A stretch of DNA of 64,000 nucleotides, taken from positions 21,576,001 to 21,640,000 of the forward strand of contig NC_047017.1 of NCBI RefSeq assembly GCF_902652985.1, given 5' to 3'. The stretch's first letter is position 1, and every line of letters starts with the position of its first letter. Made by a program: the position numbers and the translations under genes. This DNA comes from Pecten maximus. Lineage: Eukaryota. Below, one piece after another: positions 1 to 13,130 of this stretch. Under the pieces are notes generated by a model. The model searched no databases, was not told where the DNA came from, and saw only the letters and a list, made by a program, of their open reading frames with translations.

Positions 1-1359
1 TTTTACACTACAGCTATAGAAAGTCGTATACTCCGGGTGGCCGTGTAAGTAATGTCTTATGTCACAAACAGGGTGTTTGGTGTGTTAAATATCCACGCGT
101 CGTTTGGTTTGAAAATATGACCAAATGATATGACCCAATGAAATGTGAAGACAAACAGAAATATGAAAGAAATATGTCTGATGGGAAACTGATGTCGTTT
201 ATTTGCATTGCCATGTGATATTTTATCCTCCAGTTCAAACGACAATCGTGTTACCTGTTCTGTCGGCAAAACTTACACAATTTAGTGTTAAATACTTTTA
301 AACGCTTTGAATATGTTTTATTTTGTTCAGCGTTGAAACTGAATTGCTTCGTATAGGATTCCATTTAGATGTATCCAGTTCTCAGTCGGAGTGAACTTTG
401 TAGTAAAAATCGTCCCAACAAAGTTAGACATGTAGGTATATGATATCAATTAAACAACTTTAAGAAGACCATTCACTTTGAAATGACATCGATATGTTTG
501 CCATTCCTCATACTTCCCCACAGAACAGATTATGGCGTTTTTTACTTTTTCTATAAAGGATGTTCATCGTTTTCTTTGTCCCTCAGATTGATGACCTTGA
601 CCTTCAAAGTTCTCGTCAAGTAATCTTTGATAGTATAGCATTCTGGCTCCTGACTCCAAGAGCACATGCCATTTAGGTCTTTACTGTAATGAATCTCAGC
701 CACACTTTTCAGTTCCAGGGACGAAGCACCTTGTCCTTCTCACAATCTAGTTAAAACCGCGACCTGCTTTACGAAACATTTAATAAGATTGGCGTTCTCT
801 TAAAACTCATAATCTCCCACGCGTTCCCTTTATCAAGTCATCTTGTTCTCTGTGCCTCAAGGATGCATATTGATAGAATGTTGTCAAAATCATGATATTG
901 CTGGGTCAAAGTTTATGTCCATTTGTCCATCCGTGTCATTGTAATTGGTCATAGAGTTACCAGATCAACAGTCAAAAGGATAGAAGATTGGTTGTAAAGT
1001 GATGGAAATCATCAAACCTCCATAAACCTATTATTGGTGTCCAGTATTATGTAAAACCCTGACCTGTACCAACATCTACTTAACGGCCACAATCATTCAC
1101 GACATATACCATTTCTTCTCAGCTATCACAGCTCAAAAGTTTCACTATGAGTCACTATTCGAATAACTTCCAGTGTAGTGGTGTTAACTTAAATGTTTAT
1201 TTTGGTACCATCTTTTCGTCTGGAATTACTTCCGATGTAATGTGCTGATCTCGTACATTGACTGTGCTTTGAAAATATATGAGCGCAGCCTAACGGAGAG
1301 GAATGGTACTAAGGCAGGTAATCCAATCTACTTTCGACGGGACTTCCGGTGTGTGTTAC

Positions 1360-1606
1360 GAGTTGCGAGTTACAAAGTGCAAAGTTGCGAGTTGCAAAGT
1401 TGCGAGTTGCAAAGTGCGAGTTGCGAGTTGCAAAATGCGAGTTGCGAGACGCAAAATGCGAGTTTCGAGTTACAAAATGCGAGTTGCTAGTTACAAAATG
1501 CGAGTTGCGAGTTGCAAAATGCGAGTTTCGAGTTACAAAATGCGAGTTGCGAGTTGCAAAATGCGAGTTTCGAGTTACAAAATGCGAGTTACGAGTTACA
1601 AAATGC
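1360..1606. repeat. Heptamer-based minisatellite (GCGAGTT / RCAAAAT, ~21-bp higher unit)
   Basis: Directly visible tandem gcgagtt/gcaaaat units; these explain the repetitive ORFs 1242-1672. Confidence 0.9.
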
Positions 1607-2557
1607 GTCGTCCATAGTACGCTGACAACGGGTGAACCAATCGTCCCAGTACTAAGATGGAGTACCAACTAGCATATTTAAATACTCTGGTATGTCCCGG
1701 TCAGGGGACATGCAGAACTCAAAGCCTTCCTCGCAGGGGCGAACGCTCAACTAAAGGTCAAAAGTGAGGCAATGCCAAGGGGAAAATTAGGAAGAAGAAA
1801 GTTGTTACATTAAGAAGAAAAAAGATAAGATCCCAAATTGTGTCGCCTCTTACACTCCTGCGATGGCCTATCTGCAGGGTAGGAAGAAACGATGCAATAG
1901 ATGGTCTCTGATCATGCGTACATTCCCGGCATTTGAACTTAATGCTCAACGGGTCACACCGCTAAAGGTCACCAACGCTTAAAATGACATTCGTCTTAAA
2001 AGTATCACACAATATAGTACGTATTGCCAATAAGTACAATTTTTCTCTCCTCTATGTATTTAGGCAGGACGTCAACTAATGGAACTTTTCCTACCTTATG
2101 GCTGTGACATAGAAACTTCAACCCTCAAAGTAATATCTTTAAGGTCTGATGTTGAAAAACAAGAGCTGAAATATCTCTTTCAAAACGTCTACACCCACAA
2201 GCTAGCTTATTATCTCCGATGTGTAGATGAATGCCATGCGGATACCAGCCCTCCGGCACAGGGACATGGAAATTTGTGGTGATATGTGTGCTTTTGGACC
2301 TTTCCTTTTTAGGGGACTTTATTACGCTTTGGTAAAAAAAAAATAACACCCTTCTCTGTTGTCTTGACTTTAGGTAACAACAGAAAATACTCTTATACAA
2401 AGTGTACATTAAAAGATAGGTCAAAATTCTCAAATCTCTGAGCCTCACGGTTAATCCAGTATATCGGGACTCTCGGGCCGATAAAGATACGATATAAAAA
2501 TACCTGTGTTACATTAACAACTTGTTTTTTAGCATATCATGTTAACTCTCCTAAAAT

Positions 2558-2780
2558 GGGGCCGTGGTGGCCGGTAGGTTAAGGTGTACCGACACTTTAA
2601 CACTAGCCCTCCACCACTGGGTTGCGAGTTCGAAACCTACGTGGGGCAGTTGCCAGGTACTGACCGTTGGCCGGTGGTTTTTCTCCGGGTACTCCGTCTT
2701 TCCTCCACCTCCAAAACCTGGCACGTCCTAAATGACCCTGGCTGTTAATATGACGTTAAACAAAAACAAACCAAACCAAA
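2558..2780 (+). mobile_element. Full-length tRNA-derived SINE with V-type core
   Basis: A-box-like TGGCCGGTAGG, B-box GTTCGAAAC, core TTTTCTCCGGGTACTCCG..TTTCCTCCACC typical of V-SINEs, (CAAA/CCAAA)n tail, degenerate TSD aactctcctaaaat/aactatcctgaat. Confidence 0.8.
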
Positions 2781-4167
2781 CTATCCTGAATGGATCCTAG
2801 ACGTCAAATACCCCTTTAATACAAGGTTATCGTAGAGGAAGCTGACTAGGGTCTGGGGAGGGATTAGTCCATGTGTCAGAGGGCGCTGCTAATCTACCAA
2901 TATCGTGCTGGGAATACTTCTTTTGTTCTTTTATTTTGTCCTACTTCAACACAAAAACTGACAGAAAATTATCGCACTGTTGAAACTTTAAATACATGAC
3001 ATCACTAATGAGGTTTTAATAGGCACCCGTCGACACGAAACGCGCCTCGGGGCCACTGTTCAGGCAGAATCTTAAAAAGTACACACGACTTGTATCCAAT
3101 TTTTAAGACTTTCGTGTAAAATTAAAATAATATTAATGGTAAGACAGATCTTTATTACATAACAAGATGTATGACCCCAAAAAAGTCATACACTGCTCTA
3201 AAAATCAGTTTAACAGGGGTAAATGGAGTTTGATATACTGACCCCTTGGATAGTGAAGATAGAAGAAACTGTGATATTATAGCTATTCGTGCAAGTCGGT
3301 GGTAAACGGGCACGGGTACATTTATGTGTATCGAGATGAGCGGGTGGTAGACGTCCCAGAGAAAGTCACAGGAAAGAAGACGGATGTATCGGATCAAGTT
3401 ATGGTGTTTCTCAAATTCTCAAGGCAGAGAAGAGGCTTCATATTGGTCAGTTACACCTTATAAAACTAGACAATGGAATGTTTCCTGGGCAGAAAGGCTA
3501 TTTCTAGCTCTGAATGATCAGTTTGTCGATTGTTTAATTAGTATATTTATTTATTTATTTGCTGATACAAGGCATTTTTCTTGTTGATGATTGCCTTTTC
3601 TTTAGAAATGTATCAAAGCTTTTTTTAAAAAACTATAACTCAAACAAATATTAAGTGTGTAGAAAGGGAGGCAATCCAAATATGACGCCGGACAAAAACT
3701 CCAAAAAAACAACAACAAATAAACCTCACACCGAAGGGGAACAACTCTTACTAAATTCACATTTAATGGTGTTACGCAAGAATGTGTCTTGACCCTGCTG
3801 GTAGACTGTAAGCCAGCGAGGTTTACCGTTATCCTGCATGCCACGTTTAATTCCTTATGAATAGTGGCCTTTTCCATACATCCATATTTCATGCTGTTTT
3901 CCCTTCTTTATGATTTTATTATATTACTAAACTATGACTCAAGATGTTATCATGTACAAATTCTGAATGAGTTCTTGTTGGTAATAGTATCTAGCAGCAC
4001 ACACAATACTCTAATATGTGTCAAAACACTTCTATTATAACACACTACATAATATTATACTGCACCAAAGATACAATCTCTACATCTCGGCAAATTCCGT
4101 AAAGTCTCGGATTCCTGACGGAATTGGCCGAGACGATGCGATTCCACCAGATTGATTGTCAGATTGA

Positions 4168-5685
4168 CAATTATCGTCCTATATCTGTGCTTTCGACATT
4201 ATCAAAATGTCTTGAGAAACATGTTCATATTTGTTTTTATGACTTTTTAACAAAGCACAATCTTTTAGTTGAAAATCAGTCCGGTTTTAGACCAAGTCAT
4301 TCATGCCAATCAGCCTTGTCTAACATTACAAATACATGGTATGAGGCAATAGATAAAGGCTGTCTTACTGGTGTTTTATTTCTTGATTTCCGTAAGGCTT
4401 TCGACCTGGTAAACCATAATATTTTATTACAAAAACTTGATTCTTATGGCTGCTCTGACAAAGCCTTGTCCTTTTTAAAATCTTTCCTTTGTGATCGCTT
4501 TCAAACTGTTAGTTTTAAAAACACTTTGAGTGATTGTCAACAGTTAACTGTTGGTGTGCCACAGGGATCAATCCTTGGCCCTCTTGTTTATCTTGTATGT
4601 TAATGACTTACCTCTTTTAAACAAAACACGTACCTCCCATATGTATGCTGATGATACAACAGTTGAATATTCCAATAAATCTATTGATGTCATCAATGAT
4701 AACTTAAATGCTGATCATACTCAACTTATTTCCGAATGGTGCAAATCAAATCAAATGTGTATAAATACTGACAAGACCAAATAAATGTTGATTGATACGC
4801 ACCAGCGTGAGTGTAGACAGAATCAGTGTCTGACTGTTATTATTAATGATTCTGTGATTGAAAATGTAACAACTGAAAAACTTCTTGGTGTTACAGTAGA
4901 TCATTGTTTATCTTGGAATAGCCAAATAGAAAATGTGTATAAAAAACTGTCTTTTTACATTTTTCAAATGAAACGTTTAAGTCCATTCCTTAGTGAGACT
5001 TCTTGTGTGACATTTTTTAACTGTTTTGTGAATGCCCATTTTAATTATTGTGTAAACATCTGGGGAAATACTTCTCAAAATAACACTGGCAGGCTAGATA
5101 AACTACTAAAAAGGGCTGCAAGGATAATCTTAAAACGTAATTTTAATACTCCATCACGTGATATGTTTAAAAAGTTGAACTGGCTGCCATTCTCCAAACG
5201 CGTTTTGTGTACCCAGTCAGTTCTGATGTATAAAGTTTTACATGGCTTGGCTCCTAATTATTTGAATAATTTTAAATTTGCCTCTGCTGTTCAGTCAAGG
5301 TCTACTAGAGCATCGTCAAATAATTTATTTTACATTCCTGCTTGTAAAACAAAAATGTTTAAGAGATCTTTTACTTACCAGGGTCCATCTACATGGAACA
5401 TTTTACCAGAACATGTCAGGAATTCTACGTCACTATTATCATTTAAACAAAATGCCAAAAGATTTTTTATTGACTCATTTTAAATTATACCAGTAATAGC
5501 TACTTTATCAAGACTCTTTCTGGCTATTACTTATATTGCTCATCTGTGATATTAAATGTTTTTTATGTCTATTTTGTAATATACTGTACATATTATGCTT
5601 TGTGAACTTGACCAAAAGGGAGACGAGTCTTTGACTCATTTTGTTATCAAGTTTTTAAATAAAGACTTTATTATTATTATTATAT
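4168..5685 (+). mobile_element. 5'-truncated CR1/L2-group LINE, disrupted RT ORF2
   Basis: ORFs 4124-4603, 4551-4784 and 4785-5483 give NYRPIS, QSGFR, DFRKAFD, GVPQGSILGP, YADD; one frameshift and one stop; AATAAA (5658) plus (TTA)n tail; absent from the paralogous site at ~34787. Confidence 0.9.
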
Positions 5686-7841
5686 TACAAGCTAACCGAT
5701 AATAAGTATTTATATATTAAAGTATTTAAAATGTTGCCGCTATCCATCCATGTAAAGAATATATAAAAGGAGTATTATGTGACCAGTAACATTGGATTCT
5801 AATACTTTTTCATGTAGGGAAAGCATGGTCTTTCATTGATATGTGCAGTATTTTTCTATCTATAGTTACATTATCTTTAACACTTGTCTTTCAAATCTTA
5901 AGCTACATGTAGTATTCCAAGCAACTCGTTTTCATTTGACAGAAAGTGACATTGACCTTTGACATCCGAGTATGAAAGAGTACTTAAGCCATTGTGCAGC
6001 AACCAAATAAGAGGCCATATCACCTCCTTCTCTGGACCTCTTTTTGATATTGAGAAAAAAAGGGTTTAAACATTTAAACATTTTTGACGGCTGTGACCTT
6101 GAATTTTGTATCACTTTCATCAGCATACTACAGGCCCAATACCAGGTATATTGGCCTCAAGGTTATTCAGTTGAAGATTTTCAAGGTTTTTTTGCACGTC
6201 TGGCTCCAGTGGTCTTTAATGAAGGTAGAGGTCATTCATTAAACAAACCTATAGTAGCATTCAAGATTTGGGACCATCACTACAGAATGCATGTGCATTT
6301 GAATTGTTGAATTGTCCTTTTGTGTCTCGCCCTTTCTCCTTGGGAGCCAGCATAGTGCCTCAAGATTCTTAAACAACAATCAGACCAGCCAAATGATGCC
6401 CAAGACCAAGTTTGAAAAGATCCTCAAGTTATATTTAGCCATACAGAAGAAAAACAATTATATATATATGTTACAGAGACATGCAAAATATTTTGCAAAA
6501 CAAAAAGCAAATTTTGAAAATCAACCAATTCTCAAAAGCCACTAAATATGACAATTTTTTAACCAAAAGGAAACTGAAAGAAATGAGAAGAAACTTTTGA
6601 AGATATTTAATAGAAGGAAGTGTAAAGACTCATGTGAGAGACTATAACCTTAGAGATATTATCAAAAGAAAGGAAACTAATTTTAAGTATACACATAAGC
6701 AAGTGTTAACCTTGTTATATAGGAGATGTATATCTGATTTATATGAATATGTCCTCTGCCCCCAACATGGCAACAATGGAAAGTAAAACAACCATATCAA
6801 TAAAATGTTAAAATCTTACCTACATGGAAACTAAAATGGATTTGTAAAGTATCACTTTTTGTAACTTCCAGATTTCTTGAACTGGATGAATTGGAGAAAT
6901 GAAGTCAAGTTGACTCAATACAATAACCTATTCCATTTTTCATCCACTTTCAAATATCAGATGTATACGAGGTGTAGAACAATTGGAAACAAATATGAAT
7001 GGCAATCTGCTAGAATAAGATCTATAGGAAAGAAAAAAAAGGGGCACAACTCTTCAAGTTAGTAAAAATCCAACCCTTAATTAATTTAGAATATGATCAT
7101 CTGTCATTTGAGAATGTGTTCCTAAACCAAAGTCAACAACTGTATGAGAGATTGTCAGTGTCTAACTTCCGGTGGTGGGGCAAGAGGAAACTCTGAGTAC
7201 TCATTAATTAGGATCATCAAAGGTCTTTGACCTGTTAGAAGGTGAGGTTGCCAGATCTATTGATTAATAAAATCTGACATCCTGTGTATTGAAATAAGAC
7301 CAAAAGTAATGCAGTATATGTCAACAAGTATTTTTGGATTGATACACCAAATATGTTAATACGAATGTTTAAAAAATATTTCTTATTACTGCAAACACAT
7401 ACATGTATATTCTACAATTATTTCAATTACAGATTTGGGAAATGAAGGAAATATTTCTATGTTCGAGTGGATTAAAGAAATATATAACACAGTATTCTAA
7501 TAAAGTAATGTAATAATTGTGAAAATGTCACAGAAACATGTCAACAAACAATATGATGTGGAGCGCAAAGGATTTTGAAAGCTAAATTCTTACTGTAGTC
7601 AAGGTGTCAAGAATCATATTCTTTTATATATCTACATGACTTAAAAAATCTCTGCAAGGATTTATAAAACAAAAACAAAACAAAACCCTGCAAAAAAATA
7701 ACCAAAAAAAAAAAAAACTATACACAGATGAACATAATTTAAAAAGATAGACAATCGAAGCTGGTAATTGTGTAAAATGAACTTAATTCTATATCTTCAT
7801 AACGTGTTTACACGGGCCTTCAGAACTGAACGAGAAAAACC

Positions 7842-8009
7842 TGTTGATTCGTGGGTTCTGTACATGTGTGTGCATTCATAACACGAGGCTTGTCTGTCAG
7901 GCAGCCATATTTAATACACAAAGCATCATGGGAAGCGGGTAATACAAATTACAGAATCGGTTGTATTAATTTACAAATCCGACAATGCGGAACGCATATA
8001 TCATTAACA
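7842..8009 (-). repeat. 3' LTR
   Basis: Identical to 12500-12667; adjacent PPT at 8010-8022. Confidence 0.95.
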
Positions 8010-8364
8010 TCCCTTCTTCTCCAATAATTTTGAAAGTATTTCAAAATAGTACTTTTCCTAGACCTGACTACCAAACATTTTTAACTCTCTATAAAATTGA
8101 ACTGAGATTTTCATACAGATCTTATGAGCATTACTTTTGTAGGAGTCTGAACACAATTGCTCAAAATCACATATTACTTTGAAGCAAACAAAATAAATTG
8201 CAACAGTCTCTAACATGAACTTTAACCAATAACTGAATGATTCACCATGAACTGTTTAACTTGACAGTCCTACTATGATCACAACTAAAATATTTGAACA
8301 GTCTCTTAAAGAATTGAATACAGTCACAGTCTGTAACTGAAACACAGTATCTAATAACGCGAAA

Positions 8365-9894
8365 TTAAGTAACATAGTCCTTTAAGTACACTGGCGGTTT
8401 GGAATCACGCTTAGGTCGGGTACTTCCTGTTGGTAACGGTTCCATCACCGTCATAGCTGTGCCACTTGTGGTAGGTTTCTTGGCTTCACTTTTACTAGAG
8501 ATTTGATCATGAGACGACATGAATTTAGTAGGCTCCACAGAGTCTTTCTGCGACACGTTTTGAGAGACAGTATCTGGTACGCGATTTGGAGACACTTCGC
8601 GAGGACGTGGTAGTATGGATGTCGGCCTCATGTGGACGCGGTTCCTACGATATACACCACCATCTGGACCACAAACAGTGTAAGATTTCGAGGCAGTCCT
8701 TTCTTTCACTGTCCCGAGTTTCCATCGCTCTCCCTCTAGATGCTGGAAGTAAACGGTTTGTCCATTTTTGAGTGCGCGTAATGGATGCGACTTCCTGTCA
8801 AATGTCCTTTTCACAGATTGTCGACGCGCTTCGCGTTTCCTGTTAATTTCAGCATTTGGCACTGAAGTTGAGGTATCCTGACATAGACTGGGAATGAATG
8901 TTCGAGTTGTCCTTCCAAACATTACCTGCGCTGGACTGACACCAGTATCTTGTCTGGGTGTGTTACGTTGTTCCAATATTGCTTCATATGGGTCCTTCCC
9001 TTCAACAAGAGTTTTCAATAACAGGTTCTTCATGACCTTGACGGCGGACTCGGCTTTACCATTGGCTTGTTGATGCATTGGAGACGACATCACATGATTA
9101 ATTCCCCAATGACTGACAAAATGTTTAAATTCACTGCTTGAGAACTGAGGTCCTCCATCTGACACAATCATCTTTGGGACGCCATAGCGAGCACAATGTT
9201 TCTTTACGAATGATATGACACGTGCACTTGTTGTCGTAGTAAGCAAGTCACACTCAATGAAATGCGAGTAGTAATCTACGGCTATAAGGTAGTCTTTCCC
9301 TTGTACTTGACACAAATCGAGTCCTATCTTGTCCCAGGGTTTTGCTCCTTCAGTGTGCTGTGTAAGCGGTTCTGGCGCATTTCGCGGTTTCATCTCCTGA
9401 CAAATTTCACAGGCATCAGCAAGTTGCTTGATGTCGGCTGACATACCGGGCCAGAATATCGTTGACCGGGCTCTCCTGAGCATACTATGGTAGCCAAGAT
9501 GTGCACTGTGTAAACGCGATTTCATGTCTGCTCGGAGACTTTGAGGAATTACTATAGATTCTCCCCTCATTATAATTCCATCAACAACTGACAGGCTTTC
9601 ACGCAAATCAAAATATGCGGCGGCACCAGGGGGCAAATCCTGTCTTCTTGTAGGCCAACCTTCAATGACAAGAGTCATTAATGCTTGCAGGATTGAATCA
9701 TTTGCTGTGGCTTCTCTAACTTCAGAAATCCTAGCATCTGGGATGTCACCAAACACATTCACTGTCAGAATGCGAACACGTTCATCACGGTTTCCATCCG
9801 TCGAGTCGAGGTAAGCTCTACTCAAAGTGTCGGCGATCAACAGGTTGACTCCTTTCACAAACTCAAACTCCACATCATATCTATGGAATCTCAT
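8365..9894 (-). CDS. Gypsy RNase H end plus integrase (3' part of frameshifted polyprotein)
   Basis: HHCC (LHSAH..CEIC) and DDE core (GLDL, SDGGPQF, NGKAE). Confidence 0.9.
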   Translation of the reverse strand: MRFHRYDVEFEFVKGVNLLIADTLSRAYLDSTDGNRDERVRILTVNVFGDIPDARISEVREATANDSILQALMTLVIEGWPTRRQDLPPGAAAYFDLRESLSVVDGIIMRGESIVIPQSLRADMKSRLHSAHLGYHSMLRRARSTIFWPGMSADIKQLADACEICQEMKPRNAPEPLTQHTEGAKPWDKIGLDLCQVQGKDYLIAVDYYSHFIECDLLTTTTSARVISFVKKHCARYGVPKMIVSDGGPQFSSSEFKHFVSHWGINHVMSSPMHQQANGKAESAVKVMKNLLLKTLVEGKDPYEAILEQRNTPRQDTGVSPAQVMFGRTTRTFIPSLCQDTSTSVPNAEINRKREARRQSVKRTFDRKSHPLRALKNGQTVYFQHLEGERWKLGTVKERTASKSYTVCGPDGGVYRRNRVHMRPTSILPRPREVSPNRVPDTVSQNVSQKDSVEPTKFMSSHDQISSKSEAKKPTTSGTAMTVMEPLPTGSTRPKRDSKPPVYLKDYVT

Positions 9895-12391
9895 GTAGAC
9901 GCTTTGGCGCCATACTCAGAGGTTTTTTCAGAATGGCGGCCAAAGGTTTGTGATCGTTCTGCACCGTGACGTTTCTCCCATATGTATATTGGTCAAAACG
10001 CTCAAGACCATAGAGCACTGACAAAGCTTCTTTTTCTATTTGAGCCCATTTTCTCTCTGACACCGTAAGAGCTCTGGACGCGTATTCTACGGGTCTCCCT
10101 TCCTGTAGAAGTACGGCTCCGATACCATCCTTGCTGCTGTCGAATTGTAAGACAACCTCCTTATCAGGGTCAAAATATGCAAGACATGGTGTAGTGGTCA
10201 GCTTTTGCTTAAGTAATCTGAACGCCTTCTCACAATCAACAGACCAGTTCCAAGGCGTTCCTTTTCGGGTAAGAGCTCGGATTGGTTCCAAAGTTTCTGC
10301 CAAATCCGGTAAGAAACGGGACATGTATTGTGCCATGCCACACAAACGTTTTACACCTGCGACGTCAGTGGGTGAGGGCATGTCATGAATGGCCTTGACC
10401 TTTGCATCATCGACCTTGACACCATCCTTCGAGATACGGTGACCATGAAATACAATTTCGTTGAGACCAGTTTCTTGCTTCTCTTCATTCAGTGTGATAT
10501 GTTTTTCTTCACATCGCTTCAGGACGTTTTCTAGCTTCTGCTGATTATCACGTTGGGCGGAGACGAGGTCAGGACCACAACCTGGTACAATGATGTCATC
10601 CACGACACTGAAAACACCATCAATGTCACTCAGGGCTTCATCTAATTTTCTCTGAAATATCTCACTGGAGACCTTCAGACCAAATGGCAGTCTGGTCCAC
10701 CGGTATCGACCAAATGGCGTAATCATTGTTGTGAGCAAGCTTGACTGTTTGTCCAACCGCACATGCCAATAAGCTTCTTTGATGTCAAGTTTGCTGAATA
10801 TTTTGGCATCCTTCAATTTTGGCAATATGTCATCTAGTACAGGTAGTCGATAATGTTCACGCATTAACGCGGTATTGAGTGGTTGGGGATCTATACACAG
10901 TCTCAACTTTCCATTAGATTTGTGTACAACAGCCATCTGGCTGACCCACTGTGTTGGTTCGGTCACAGGAACGAGTACTCCAGTATCCTGCAGTCGATCA
11001 AGCTCCTCTTTTACCGAAGCCTGAATAGCTAGGGGCACCTTCCTGCACGGTAAGACTTTGGCTGGAATGCTCCCATCAGTACGTAGGGTTGCTTCACCTA
11101 AATCACCAAGCTTATGTGGAGTTTTCATGACTTGTGAAATGAAACGGTCATCATTAATGGTTACAAAACCAAGTTCCTGAATAGTCTTCAGACCTAATAG
11201 GTTGGTGAGTCCGTTAGGTACAACAATGAAAGTCACTCTGGATTCAACGCTAGTAAGGGGGTTTGTGACCTTGAGGGTACACTGCCCAAGAGGTTCCAAG
11301 TTAGTCTTGTTCCACATATTTAACTTCACTTTTGTGGGCGTTACTTGGGGCTTCCTCACATGTTTTTGACAAATAGTATTAACATCAGCAGCACTGTCAA
11401 GCTGAAATTTCACAGAATTGTCATTTACAGTCAAAGACGCATGTATTCGTTGTTTGCCGGAATCAACTGCCATGAGCCATGCTCCATCTTCATCATCAAG
11501 ACTTGTGTCCTCATTTGCGAGTGACACTGCGTGTACCTTCTTACATTTTGCTTTGAAATGGTTTCGTCCTTTACAAAAATCACAGGTAGCACCCCATGCT
11601 GGGCATTTCTCCTTTTGTCGAGCATGCTGATAACCACAAAAAGTACATTCAGGTCCTTTACTAGAACTGGTATTGGTACGCGACGGTCTCGAGGGTTTCT
11701 GTTGACTTTGAGGTTTCACGAACGGTTTCCTCCCCTTCGAGTTTGGTTTCTGGTTATAGTTACTAGCGACTTTGTTCACTCTCGATGTGGGGTTAGTGTC
11801 TCGAAGTTCTCTTACTTGCATATTTGATTGTTCAAATGCCCTACAAACCTTGACAGCTTTCTCAAGGGTGAGTTTATCTTCCCTCAACAAGAGTTCCTGT
11901 AACTTTCCTGTTACTGTGAACACTATTTTATCGCGCATCATTCTCTCTTTTTCCTGGAAGTTACATGCAGACACTCTGGTTTTCATTTCAGTCAGGAATT
12001 TATCAAAAGGTTCTTGATAGGGTAGGTTCCAAAACCTATGTGATTCTAATACCTCGTTGTCGCGGGGATTGCAATATTTCTCAAGAGCTTGCAATACTTT
12101 ATTGGGGTCGTCCTTGTCCCCTTCCTCTTCCCACGTGATCTGGTCATAGATCTCTAAAACATGTGATCCCGCGCAATTCAATATGATTGCTGTTTGAATT
12201 CGCTGGTTACGTTCACCTGCACCCGATGCAGCTAAATATATCTCAACTTCACGCTTCCAGCGTTTGAAATTCTCTGATACATTTCCTGAAGTTATATCGA
12301 GCTGTGGGGGCAGACGTAACGAGGTACTGTATACGTTATTGACTTGGGTTGGGGCCATAGCCGGAGCAGGGGCGCGACTCGGAGAGTCCAT
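9881..12391 (-). CDS. Gypsy gag-protease-RT-RNase H (5' part of frameshifted polyprotein)
   Basis: Two Zn knuckles (CTFCGYQH..C, CDFCKGRNHFKAKC), protease LDSAAD, RT KLDIKEAY/LPFGL/VVDD, RNase H DSSKDGIGAVL..EKE..DHKPL. Confidence 0.9.
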   Translation of the reverse strand: MDSPSRAPAPAMAPTQVNNVYSTSLRLPPQLDITSGNVSENFKRWKREVEIYLAASGAGERNQRIQTAIILNCAGSHVLEIYDQITWEEEGDKDDPNKVLQALEKYCNPRDNEVLESHRFWNLPYQEPFDKFLTEMKTRVSACNFQEKERMMRDKIVFTVTGKLQELLLREDKLTLEKAVKVCRAFEQSNMQVRELRDTNPTSRVNKVASNYNQKPNSKGRKPFVKPQSQQKPSRPSRTNTSSSKGPECTFCGYQHARQKEKCPAWGATCDFCKGRNHFKAKCKKVHAVSLANEDTSLDDEDGAWLMAVDSGKQRIHASLTVNDNSVKFQLDSAADVNTICQKHVRKPQVTPTKVKLNMWNKTNLEPLGQCTLKVTNPLTSVESRVTFIVVPNGLTNLLGLKTIQELGFVTINDDRFISQVMKTPHKLGDLGEATLRTDGSIPAKVLPCRKVPLAIQASVKEELDRLQDTGVLVPVTEPTQWVSQMAVVHKSNGKLRLCIDPQPLNTALMREHYRLPVLDDILPKLKDAKIFSKLDIKEAYWHVRLDKQSSLLTTMITPFGRYRWTRLPFGLKVSSEIFQRKLDEALSDIDGVFSVVDDIIVPGCGPDLVSAQRDNQQKLENVLKRCEEKHITLNEEKQETGLNEIVFHGHRISKDGVKVDDAKVKAIHDMPSPTDVAGVKRLCGMAQYMSRFLPDLAETLEPIRALTRKGTPWNWSVDCEKAFRLLKQKLTTTPCLAYFDPDKEVVLQFDSSKDGIGAVLLQEGRPVEYASRALTVSERKWAQIEKEALSVLYGLERFDQYTYGRNVTVQNDHKPLAAILKKPLSMAPKRLHEIP

Positions 12392-12499
12392 GACGAACGT
12401 TATCACCTAACAGGGCGACAAAATACAGTAAATCGGAGTCAATCAGTAGCGGAATACCACCTAGATTTTAACAAATCATCGTCCACGACGCTGCCACCA

Positions 12500-12667
12500 T
12501 GTTGATTCGTGGGTTCTGTACATGTGTGTGCATTCATAACACGAGGCTTGTCTGTCAGGCAGCCATATTTAATACACAAAGCATCATGGGAAGCGGGTAA
12601 TACAAATTACAGAATCGGTTGTATTAATTTACAAATCCGACAATGCGGAACGCATATATCATTAACA
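12500..12667 (-). repeat. 5' LTR
   Basis: Identical to 7842-8009; adjacent PBS at 12489-12499. Confidence 0.95.
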
Positions 12668-13130
12668 AAACCCAATTCCATTCTTTTTAAATTTGTTGTT
12701 GACATTTCTCTGATCTTCAATAACCAAAGTTTTTTTTTTTTTAATTTCACATTTTCATGACTTCAGCTAATATGCCAAATACAGTAAAAACTTTGTCTCT
12801 ACTAACCCGACTGACTCTAAAAAAAATTCTTGCATGCTTTTTTTATCAATCCTGGTCAGTAATACAAGGTACAGTTTGTATGTGTAAAGCAATTACACTT
12901 AATATTTGGTGAAATATTCTGTTTTTATATGATCAAATGAAAGAGATTAAATTGATAAATATCTTCTTCATCTAAATGACAACCAAGGGAAAGATATAGG
13001 TTGCCAGTGCTGGAACAATCTTGATTTTTAAAAAAATGTTTTCCACATTACCGGTAATATATACCACATGGAGACAAACATGAACATACCGCAGACTCCT
13101 GAAACATGTATTAAGTGCACAAGTGACCAG

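Larger units (their letters stand above)
7842..12667 (-). mobile_element. Full-length Ty3/Gypsy LTR retrotransposon (short LTRs, single gag-pol, Mag-like organisation)
   Basis: Identical 168-bp TG..CA LTRs (7842-8009, 12500-12667); AAACC TSD (7837-7841, 12668-12672); PBS TGGTGGCAGCG complementary to the tRNA-Leu 3' end; PPT GGAGAAGAAGGGA; domain order gag-PR-RT-RH-IN. Confidence 0.97.

Noticed and set aside
1242-1672. Overlapping repetitive ORFs on both strands
   Set aside because: Translation of a 7/21-bp tandem repeat
2062-2282. Possible plus-strand terminal exon (acceptor plus 67-aa ORF) and splice-like signals at 13-45, 330-436 and 587
   Set aside because: No recognisable domain, and the upstream candidate exons contain stops; cannot support a gene
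5860-6450. TGACCT/AGGTCA-rich stretch as nuclear-receptor elements (similar decayed repeats at 44400-44640 and 49600-49960)
   Set aside because: Looks like decayed Helentron-type interspersed repeat; boundaries cannot be defined by eye
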